Origin: a virus
Virus record (IMG/VR): IMGVR_UViG_3300027751_001020
Location: 1 to 26,066 of that record
Direction: 5' to 3' (one strand)
DNA length: 26,066 nucleotides
The position numbers and the translations under genes are program-made. This document shows positions 8,135 to 16,156 of this stretch, one piece after another (the first letter of the stretch is position 1; every line of letters starts with the position of its first letter). The notes under the pieces were generated by a model, which had not been told where the DNA came from, did not search any database, and worked only from the letters and a program-made list of their open reading frames with translations.

Positions 8135-8907
8135 TGAAAAAATCAGAGTTACTAAAATTAATCAAGGAAGAGTTACAAGGATACTCTCCTCAAATAGGAA
8201 AGACAAAAGGTCTTACCCCTGATACGTTAAATAAAATCTTGAAAAAGATTGCTGATGATACAGAAGACGAAGTATCTGAAATAGATAATCCAGTAGACAG
8301 AATTACTCTTGATATTCCTTTATTCATTAGACTTTTAGAATACGCTAAAGAAGATGCAAAAACAGACATGGATCTTCATGATGTAGCAGAAAAAGCTATT
8401 CAATTAGGTTCAGTTCAAAATACAGCTCTTTCAATGGATGATTATGATTCGTTGGTTGGAAAACAAGAAGTTGAAGAAAAGAAAAGACCAGGACTTTGGG
8501 CTAATATAAATGCTAAAAGAAAAAGAGGAGAAAAACCTTCCCATAAAAACTCTAAGGCACATAAAGATGCAGTTAAAGCCGGTAAAAAGATTAATAAAAT
8601 GTCTGAAGAAGCTGCTAATTTACAAGATGGTGCAGCAGATTCACATGGTTTCGGTTATGAAGAAATTTCTGAAGCTTTTGGCCAAAGAGCACTGGATGGA
8701 CTAAGTAGTGATCTGTCTGACATAATATTAGATTTTTTCAAAGCAAATAAAGTACTAAGAAAAGAACCTCACCAGAGAAAATATAAATCAGGTCTAAGTC
8801 CTGAAGAGTTTGTAAAAGGTACTAAAGAGATGTTCCTTAAATTAATTTTTAGTAGCGTTAAATCTAAAGTACTAGCCGATACGACTATCACTAAAGAGTC
8901 TAGATAA
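8134..8907 (+). CDS. modular hypothetical protein (putative internal head polyprotein)
   Basis: Start reassigned to ATG 8134 (TAATG coupling). Leader MKKSELLKLIKEEL; segments bounded by VSE, VEE, MSE and ISE. Confidence 0.7.
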   Translation: MKKSELLKLIKEELQGYSPQIGKTKGLTPDTLNKILKKIADDTEDEVSEIDNPVDRITLDIPLFIRLLEYAKEDAKTDMDLHDVAEKAIQLGSVQNTALSMDDYDSLVGKQEVEEKKRPGLWANINAKRKRGEKPSHKNSKAHKDAVKAGKKINKMSEEAANLQDGAADSHGFGYEEISEAFGQRALDGLSSDLSDIILDFFKANKVLRKEPHQRKYKSGLSPEEFVKGTKEMFLKLIFSSVKSKVLADTTITKESR

Positions 8908-9191
8908 TGAAAAAATCTCAACTCATAACCCTAATTAAAGAAGTACTACAAGACTTTTACAATACCCAAGGAAATACTCCGGTAGATTGGGAAAAAAGAG
9001 ATTGGGAACTATATGATGAAAACTACGCCGACGGTAAAGTAAAAGGTAAATCTAGACCCGGTAGAGTTAAAAAATCTGGAGCAAGCTGTAAAGGTTCAGT
9101 TACCGATCTTAGGAGAAAAGCTAAAAATGCATCCGGGGAAAAAGCTAAAATGTACCACTGGTGTGCGAACATGAAAGGTGGTAAAAAATAA
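8907..9191 (+). CDS. small protein: leader plus basic Cys/His-containing peptide
   Basis: MKKSQLITLIKEVL leader, then a very basic C-terminal half (ENYADGKVKGKSRPGRVKK...HWCANMKGGKK). Confidence 0.75.
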   Translation: MKKSQLITLIKEVLQDFYNTQGNTPVDWEKRDWELYDENYADGKVKGKSRPGRVKKSGASCKGSVTDLRRKAKNASGEKAKMYHWCANMKGGKK

Positions 9192-9198
9192 GTTATGT

Positions 9199-9723
9199 AT
9201 GTCAAAACAGTTTTATATAGACTCGTTAAAAGAATATAGAGACGCCCACAGACTTATCGATCAAATCGAAAAAAGTAACTGGATAGACTCAAAAGTAACA
9301 ATCGTTATATGTTCTCCTGAATACAGTTCAGGTATATGTCAACTACTTTCACACAAACTTTCTCATTTAAATAATCATGTACCGTTTGATTTGGATTTCT
9401 TAGAAATGCCATATCCTGGTAATGAATTATACTCTATTGATGAATATATAGAAGATATAGATACTTTAGTATCTAAATACATTAATAAAGATAATAAACT
9501 ACTTTTTATTGATTCTGGTACACTTCGTGGTAAAAATTTTACTATATTAGATAAAGTATTAGAAGGTTCAATAGAAAGTGAAAGAATTAAATTTGGATGT
9601 ATGTACATTCAAGATGATTCAATATTTGAACCAGACTTCTATGTACAGAGGTTTAATCTCAGAAAAGACGGCGGATTAACCTTCTGGTGGGAGAATCAAG
9701 ATAACCCATATTGGGGGTGGTAA
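9199..9723 (+). CDS. type I phosphoribosyltransferase-fold protein (degenerate, Gpt-like)
   Basis: LLFIDSGTLRGKNF resembles the PRPP loop, and C-terminal PDFY...TFWWE resembles purine PRTase PDYY...FPWE. ATG 9199 is preferred over the overlapping 9178 start. Confidence 0.6.
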   Translation: MSKQFYIDSLKEYRDAHRLIDQIEKSNWIDSKVTIVICSPEYSSGICQLLSHKLSHLNNHVPFDLDFLEMPYPGNELYSIDEYIEDIDTLVSKYINKDNKLLFIDSGTLRGKNFTILDKVLEGSIESERIKFGCMYIQDDSIFEPDFYVQRFNLRKDGGLTFWWENQDNPYWGW

Positions 9724-9740
9724 AATAACTCTACACTATT

Positions 9741-9748
9741 TATTTATA
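9741..9748 (+). promoter_or_regulatory. TATTTATA putative late promoter
   Basis: Exact intergenic motif 20 nt before ATG 9769. Confidence 0.6.
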
Positions 9749-9768
9749 TAGCTATAAACACTAATAAA

Positions 9769-12723
9769 ATGACATACCAAGAAGTAAACGACCGTTTAAC
9801 AAGGGTCCAAACTGCATTACAGTCTTTACAGGATGGTTCTTATGCAAATTCTACTGGCATAAACGTTCCGCAAATGACCTCACAACTTCAAGAGGTAGAG
9901 GCAAAATTACAAGAACAATTACTTGTTTTATCAGAAGCTGAAAAAACAGCTTTTGTAAATGGCCAAGCTACTGAATACACAGACGAAAAAGAACTTCAGA
10001 AACTTAAAGATAACCAAGATGTTAAATCTATTAAGACAGCTGGTGGTAAAAAAATTAAGGAAGAAGCTGGACTTCAATTTTCATTAGAAGAAACTAAAGC
10101 TATTGCTAGAGAAATAGGAAAAGCAGTAGCAAAAGGACTTAAATCAATGGGAGATGAATTAGCTTCTATGAAAGTTAAAAATATAGAAGAAGGATCTTTT
10201 GATATTCATGTACAGTACAAAAAAGATACTTCCACAGATGATTTCTCTTTTTATATTACAGGAGACGACTTACACCTAGTAGATTTTTCATTCGATAAAG
10301 TAATTGGCGGTGTTGGTGTTAAACCTTCGGGAGAACCAATCGTACACGTTGATGTAATAGCAAATGAACTTACCAAACACTGGAAGTCTCAAATGAAAGA
10401 AGGAATGTCTGATGAAGAATGGGCCAACGCAGAAGAAAAAGGTAGATTAGAAGATCATCCTGAAAAGGATATGATTAAAAAGATACAAGCTCTTATTGCA
10501 AAAGAAAAGAAAATAAAAGAAGGAGAAGGAGCAAGCGAAGAAGAGGAATTGAAAGAATGGGGCAGCTCAGATCAGAACATAATGAATCAATCTATTCATA
10601 AAGATCTAGGAGAACCTACATCCATGCCCTCTCCATTTAGTCAAGAACTGGAATCAGCAGTTGAAGATGCAGTAGATAACTATTGGAACGATTGGGAAGA
10701 ATATGACACTGATAGAGAAGGTTTAATTGAACATGCTAAAAAAGCATATTTTAGAGCTTACTTTAAAGAAACGTTTAATAAAATGATTCAGATGTTTAGT
10801 GAATCACAGGTAAATGAAGCTCCAGAAGGAATGTCATATCTTGAAGTATCCGTAAGAGATGCTAGAAAGGCAATGGCTATAATGGATGACCGGTTTAGAG
10901 GACAGTTTGAAATGAACGGTTCTAACGTTTATTATTTTAATGATGATTCTATGGCTTATGATGCTATGATGGATCTAGGAGCTCAAGGTATTGAAATTGT
11001 AGATACAAATATAGAAGAAGGAGTTAGAGAGAATGAAACACCAGAAGGTGGAATGGATCAAGGAGGAGACTTAGATGTTGGACATCAAGATGATGAACCA
11101 AACATGCTTAAAAAAGATTTATACGATATTGCAACATATGCAGCTAAGTTATATAAGCAGTTAGACAAATACGACAAACATGATGGCGAGGTAGACTTTC
11201 CACATTGGTGGCAGAAGAAAGTTACCTTAGCCAGAGAATATATTTCATCTGCACAACACTATTTAGAAGCAGAAGAAAAACAACCTGCATTAGATCAGCT
11301 TGCTTTAGAAAGAGTGGTTAAAGATAATGAATCACCGACACTAAAAGCTAAAATAGCTGCTGAAGATTTTATGAGTCAGTACCGTAAAGCATTTAGACTA
11401 GTTTCTAATAACTTCGGTAAAGAGGCAGAAGCAGAATTTAAAAGTATAATTAAAGCTAAATTTGCTGCACTCCAAGAAGGAGATCTAAACGAAATGGTAG
11501 ATCCTTCCTATGCTGATATGTTAGCACAGTTTATTATACTAATGGGATCTGGATATGGAGCATTACAAGCAGTTAAGAAGCTTGGAGATGAGACAGGAGA
11601 CATTTCTTTAGATAGTGTAAAGAAAGCTATTAAAAAATATAAAGACGGAGATGTTAGCGAAATTGGAATGTTTCACGATCCGGTAGGGTATGAGAAAAGC
11701 AAACCAGAAACACCTACCTACACTAAAAAGTACGTAAGTAAAAATGTCTATGATATTTTCAAACACGGTAAAAAAGTAAAAACCGTTAAAGGAAGTGAAG
11801 GAGAGGCTAATGCTTGGATGAATAATGCTAGTAAAGGACAGCAGAACGAAGCAGCAGAAGGACAATCAATCTCAGATTTAAAACCTGGAGATAAGTTTGA
11901 ATTTAATGGTAAAACATATACCTTAGTAAAACATATAGAAGGTAACATAGCTAAAGTAATACGTCCAAACGGAGATACTTCTACAGTATCTTTTGGAGGA
12001 AAAATAAATACAGGTAAAAAAGCCGGTATTGGACCCGATGCTTTTGGACAAGGAAAAGGTCATCATATAGATGAAGATCATTCTAACTTTGGAGAACAGA
12101 CTTATCAAAATGTTCACGTACCTAAGGGAGACATGGCGATTAATAAGTATGATAAGAAAGAAAAGTTTAAATCTCATAGAGTAGGATTTAGCGGTAAGGA
12201 TCCATTTGACGACCAATCAATTGATAATAAAGCAAATAAAAAAGCAGGCGTTGGGAGTAAAGGTATTGCTAGCTTACAAAAAGACCATAGCGGCATAGTA
12301 CAGCGTATGAAAGAATTAGCTAAACTATACAAAGATGGTGATAAATCAGTAGTTAGTACTCTTAAAGATCTAACCGCTAAGAAAAGAGAATTAGAAATAC
12401 AACTAAACAATAAGGTTGCAGGAATTGGCAAAAGCACTGCTACCAATTTAGATGAAGATCATTCTAAAAACCCAAACGATAAATACGTTGTTCGTCCATG
12501 TAAGAATAAAAAAGAACCTTGGGCGGTATGGGAAGGTGAAACCAGAGTAAAAGGATTTGCTGAAAAGAAAGATGCCCAGGCATATGCTGATAAGCAAAAT
12601 AAAGAACAAGGTTTAAACGAAGGTGAATCAACCTGCTGTGGTAAATGCGGTAGAAAACACGTTAAAGGAACTAAATGTAAGACTCCTTACTTAAAAGGTA
12701 AAGATCACTGTAGAACAAGATAA
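9769..12723 (+). CDS. 984-aa modular protein (putative protease-processed internal head polyprotein)
   Basis: Unrelated segments separated by IKE, MKE, LKE, VNE, IEE, LNE, VSE, IDE and LDE sites. Ends in a Cys/His-rich basic peptide. Confidence 0.65.
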   Translation: MTYQEVNDRLTRVQTALQSLQDGSYANSTGINVPQMTSQLQEVEAKLQEQLLVLSEAEKTAFVNGQATEYTDEKELQKLKDNQDVKSIKTAGGKKIKEEAGLQFSLEETKAIAREIGKAVAKGLKSMGDELASMKVKNIEEGSFDIHVQYKKDTSTDDFSFYITGDDLHLVDFSFDKVIGGVGVKPSGEPIVHVDVIANELTKHWKSQMKEGMSDEEWANAEEKGRLEDHPEKDMIKKIQALIAKEKKIKEGEGASEEEELKEWGSSDQNIMNQSIHKDLGEPTSMPSPFSQELESAVEDAVDNYWNDWEEYDTDREGLIEHAKKAYFRAYFKETFNKMIQMFSESQVNEAPEGMSYLEVSVRDARKAMAIMDDRFRGQFEMNGSNVYYFNDDSMAYDAMMDLGAQGIEIVDTNIEEGVRENETPEGGMDQGGDLDVGHQDDEPNMLKKDLYDIATYAAKLYKQLDKYDKHDGEVDFPHWWQKKVTLAREYISSAQHYLEAEEKQPALDQLALERVVKDNESPTLKAKIAAEDFMSQYRKAFRLVSNNFGKEAEAEFKSIIKAKFAALQEGDLNEMVDPSYADMLAQFIILMGSGYGALQAVKKLGDETGDISLDSVKKAIKKYKDGDVSEIGMFHDPVGYEKSKPETPTYTKKYVSKNVYDIFKHGKKVKTVKGSEGEANAWMNNASKGQQNEAAEGQSISDLKPGDKFEFNGKTYTLVKHIEGNIAKVIRPNGDTSTVSFGGKINTGKKAGIGPDAFGQGKGHHIDEDHSNFGEQTYQNVHVPKGDMAINKYDKKEKFKSHRVGFSGKDPFDDQSIDNKANKKAGVGSKGIASLQKDHSGIVQRMKELAKLYKDGDKSVVSTLKDLTAKKRELEIQLNNKVAGIGKSTATNLDEDHSKNPNDKYVVRPCKNKKEPWAVWEGETRVKGFAEKKDAQAYADKQNKEQGLNEGESTCCGKCGRKHVKGTKCKTPYLKGKDHCRTR
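12068..12467. repeat. exact 19-bp in-frame direct repeat TAGATGAAGATCATTCTAA
   Basis: Copies at 12068-12086 and 12449-12467, 381 nt (127 codons) apart, both encoding DEDHS. Confidence 0.9.
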
Positions 12724-12724
12724 T

Positions 12725-13408
12725 ATGAAAAAAGCAGATCTTAAAAATATTATTCTAGAAGCATATCAAGAAGTACTCATAGAAGGACTTTTAGATGAAC
12801 TAGAAGAGGCTGAAGGAGACGAAGAACCAACTGAAGAACCTGCACCGGAAGATGCTGGAGCACCAGAAGGAGAGGAAGTACCAGAATCAGAACCTGGAGA
12901 TGAAGCAGAACTTGCCGACGCTACAGATACTATATTAGGTAGATTTCCTACCCTTAAAGCTGCAATTATAAAATTACAGACAGAAGACTTTACAGAATTT
13001 GTAGACTCAATTGACTGGATTTCACCCCGTCCTACCGCTTTTAGAATTAATCTAAAGAATGGACAGGATTATGAATTAAAATGGACAGGTAAAACTTTTG
13101 TAGCTAAAATATTAGGTAAGAGATATTTCCTTTCTAATATTGCAGATTACCAACAAGCACTAGATAAACTAGCTATTCTTTACTCAGAATCACCGATGAA
13201 AGGAGCTGGGGAAGGAGAAGCAGCAGAAGGTATTGATTCAGCAGACACTGGAGGAGGAGACTTCCCAGGAGAAGAAGGAGGAGCAACCGGAGGTGAAGAA
13301 CCAGCAGCAGGAGGAGAAGATTTAGGAGCTGGAGGAGAAGAAGGCGGAGGAGCAGATTTAACTGACGAACCAATAGACTTCGAAGACGGAGCAGAACCAG
13401 AAGCTTAA
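12725..13408 (+). CDS. acidic protein with leader motif, folded core and Gly/Glu-rich arms
   Basis: MKKADLKNIILEAYQEVLIE leader; core WISPRPTAFRINLKNGQ...GKRYFL flanked by low-complexity acidic stretches. Confidence 0.7.
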   Translation: MKKADLKNIILEAYQEVLIEGLLDELEEAEGDEEPTEEPAPEDAGAPEGEEVPESEPGDEAELADATDTILGRFPTLKAAIIKLQTEDFTEFVDSIDWISPRPTAFRINLKNGQDYELKWTGKTFVAKILGKRYFLSNIADYQQALDKLAILYSESPMKGAGEGEAAEGIDSADTGGGDFPGEEGGATGGEEPAAGGEDLGAGGEEGGGADLTDEPIDFEDGAEPEA

Positions 13409-14544
13409 TGAATTTAATAGATAGAATCATATTAGAATGGTCATATAAGACCGAGAAAGGATATCCTGATCTTAATAATAAACAAGATTTAAGGATATTT
13501 GAATCTCTGTTTGGTTTCAACTTAGAAGAAATGGCAAAAAAACCATTTAGTTTCCTTTCCCCAGAAGCTCAAGAAGTAGGAAAAGCCATAATGGCAAAAT
13601 TAAACATTCCTGAAGACGAGATTGCATCACACTCTAAGAACAGAATAATAGTACTTACAGACATACCTAGACAGCAAGTATTTAGTGCATTAGGTGAAAT
13701 GGGATTTGAAAGAGACAGCACCACAAGAGGTTCCAGTGGAGGAGGGTACCGTACTGATTCTGGAATAGAAATAATTCATAAACCAAAATCTCTTACACAA
13801 ATTGGAGGAGCAGGAGTCGGTAATGAAACCTTTATATACGAAAAAATTAAGAACGTATTAGAATCAAATTCCCCAATAAATGTAAAAATCGATTCTAGTA
13901 ATGGACCTACGTTAGAATATCGAGGAGTAGTAGGAGTTAACCACGTAGGGAAAGAAGGTGAAAGAAAAGGATGGAAAGGAGATATATCTCTAGAGACATC
14001 AAAAGGTCTTGAGTTTATCTCTATAAAAGAAGATGGACCCTATAGGTGGGCATCTGTAATGGGAAGGTATAAAGAATTTTATCAAAAATTTATTACAAAA
14101 GCTTATAACGGAGATTACCCCTTCTTAAAATTAACTCCTTTAGAAAGTAACCCTAGAGTTCTACAAATGATGAACCCAGATAACGGTAAACCATACGGAA
14201 GAATATTCATACTAAATCATCCACAAGTAGAGAAAGATACATATGATATGGCTTTTGGTCAAGACCATGCACAAATAGTTCAAAGATCTTTTACTGACGC
14301 AGACTTTAATTTAGAAGGAGATACCTTAACTATTAAAGCTAGTAGAACTATGAAAGACCTATCAGACTTTACAGATGATGATCTACCGATAATTGAATTT
14401 GAAAGAAATGCTTCTAAAGCAACTGCTACAGAAGGACCCTTCAATAGAGGTATTGTCGTAAGAACAGGACCTAAGAAGAGAATGAAAAAAGCAACAGAAA
14501 GAGCCAATAACCTTGTACTTCAGTACGATGAATTAGGGCTATAA
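13408..14544 (+). CDS. putative PD-(D/E)XK restriction-like endonuclease with N-terminal leader module
   Basis: GVGNE...WKGDISL...FISIKE fits an E...D...(S)xK variant catalytic pattern. N-terminal MNLIDRIILEWSY...GYPD...NLEE module. Confidence 0.5.
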   Translation: MNLIDRIILEWSYKTEKGYPDLNNKQDLRIFESLFGFNLEEMAKKPFSFLSPEAQEVGKAIMAKLNIPEDEIASHSKNRIIVLTDIPRQQVFSALGEMGFERDSTTRGSSGGGYRTDSGIEIIHKPKSLTQIGGAGVGNETFIYEKIKNVLESNSPINVKIDSSNGPTLEYRGVVGVNHVGKEGERKGWKGDISLETSKGLEFISIKEDGPYRWASVMGRYKEFYQKFITKAYNGDYPFLKLTPLESNPRVLQMMNPDNGKPYGRIFILNHPQVEKDTYDMAFGQDHAQIVQRSFTDADFNLEGDTLTIKASRTMKDLSDFTDDDLPIIEFERNASKATATEGPFNRGIVVRTGPKKRMKKATERANNLVLQYDELGL

Positions 14545-14553
14545 AAATGAGTT

Positions 14554-16128
14554 ATGGCACAAGACATAAAAAAGATAATTGCACAAGAATACCTCAAGTG
14601 TGCAAAGGATCCAGCATACTTTATGAGAAAGTATTGCTATATTCAGCACCCTAAAAGAGGGCGTATACTCTTTAACCTTTACCCATTTCAAGAAAAGGTA
14701 CTACATTTATTTAGAGACGAGCAGTTTATTATAACTCTTAAATCAAGACAGTTAGGTATATCAACTTTAGCTGCAGGATATTCTCTATGGTTAATGTTAT
14801 TTCATAAAGATAAAAACGTCTTGGCATTAGCAACCACACAAGCTACAGCACGTAACCTTGTAACTAAGACTACTTTTATGTATGACGAGTTACCAAAGTG
14901 GTTAAAACTACCAGCCGTTGAAAAAAACAAATTATCTTTAAGACTTAGAAACGGATCTAAAATACAAGCTAAATCATCTAATGCAGACGCTGCCCGATCG
15001 GAAGCGGTATCTCTCTTATTAATAGATGAGGCGGCCTTTATTGACAACATTGAGGAGACCTTTGCAGCAGCCCAACAAACACTAGCTACCGGGGGTCAAT
15101 GTATGGCCTTATCTACACCTAACGGTATTGGTAACTGGTTTCACCAAACATGGGAAAAAGCTGAAACAGGAGAGAATTCATTCTGCCCAGTAAGACTCCC
15201 CTGGACTGTTCACCCTGAAAGAAATCAGGATTGGAGAGATATGCAGGATAGAGATCTTGGCCCTAGAATGGCAGGACAGGAATGTGACTGTGACTTCTTA
15301 GCTTCAGGGGATACTGTATTTGAACCAACCGACCTTATTTTCTATGAAGAGACTTATCAGAAAGACCCTGTAGAAAGAAGAGGAGTTGATAGTAATTTAT
15401 GGATATGGGAACCTGCTGACTATACAAAAGACTATATGGTTGTAGCCGATGTCGCTAGAGGAGATTCTGCCGATTACTCTGCATTCCATGTATTTGAAAT
15501 AGAATCATGTACCCAAGTAGCCGAATATAAAGGTAAGATATCTCCAAAAGACTTTGGAAATGTACTTGTAGGTATAGCATCAGAATATAATGAAGCCTTA
15601 CTTGTCTGTGAAAATGCAAATATAGGGTGGGCTACAATAGAACAGATACTCGAAAGAGAATATAGAAATATGTACTATAGTTCTACATCCAATATGGAGA
15701 CAGTAGAATCATATATGAACAAATACGAAAGAGATAAACTCGTTCCCGGGTTTACAATGTCTGCTAGAACTAGACCTTTAGTCATAGCTAAGATAATTGA
15801 ATACGTAAGGGAAAGAGCGGTTACCCTACAATCTAAGAGGTTAATGGCCGAGATGAGAGTATTTGTATGGAAGAATGGTAAACCTCAAGCACAGACGAAC
15901 TACAACGATGATTTACTCATGGCCTGTGCAACAGCATTATATGTTAGAGATACAGCATTGAGGTTAAGACAGCAAGGTATGGATTTAGCAAGAGCACAGC
16001 TATCTTCTTTTGGTAATTTAAACTCTCAGAACAGAGCAGTTATGAGTTCAGTTGGTTCCTATCAAGATAATCCTTATATTGTTAAGACAAACCATGGTGA
16101 CGAAGATGTCTCATGGTTATTTAAATAA
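14554..16128 (+). CDS. terL: terminase large subunit (T4 gp17-like)
   Basis: LYPFQ, KSRQLGIST (Walker A), LLIDEAAF (Walker B), STPNG, and nuclease motifs ADVARGDSADYS, ENAN and DDLLMA. Confidence 0.96.
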   Translation: MAQDIKKIIAQEYLKCAKDPAYFMRKYCYIQHPKRGRILFNLYPFQEKVLHLFRDEQFIITLKSRQLGISTLAAGYSLWLMLFHKDKNVLALATTQATARNLVTKTTFMYDELPKWLKLPAVEKNKLSLRLRNGSKIQAKSSNADAARSEAVSLLLIDEAAFIDNIEETFAAAQQTLATGGQCMALSTPNGIGNWFHQTWEKAETGENSFCPVRLPWTVHPERNQDWRDMQDRDLGPRMAGQECDCDFLASGDTVFEPTDLIFYEETYQKDPVERRGVDSNLWIWEPADYTKDYMVVADVARGDSADYSAFHVFEIESCTQVAEYKGKISPKDFGNVLVGIASEYNEALLVCENANIGWATIEQILEREYRNMYYSSTSNMETVESYMNKYERDKLVPGFTMSARTRPLVIAKIIEYVRERAVTLQSKRLMAEMRVFVWKNGKPQAQTNYNDDLLMACATALYVRDTALRLRQQGMDLARAQLSSFGNLNSQNRAVMSSVGSYQDNPYIVKTNHGDEDVSWLFK

Positions 16129-16131
16129 TAC

Positions 16132-16139
16132 TATTTATA
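16132..16139 (+). promoter_or_regulatory. TATTTATA putative late promoter
   Basis: Exact intergenic motif 17 nt before the portal ATG. Confidence 0.6.
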
Positions 16140-16156
16140 TATAAAGTAAATTTACA

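Noticed and set aside
5404-9723. Known NAD+ reconstitution pathway (NARP1/NARP2)
   Set aside because: No Nampt-like type II PRTase or PRPP-synthetase-like gene is visible in the window; the PRTase here is a short degenerate type I fold.
12725-14544. Terminase small subunit call for genes upstream of terL
   Set aside because: Neither ORF shows features I can recognise as TerS, and position alone is insufficient.
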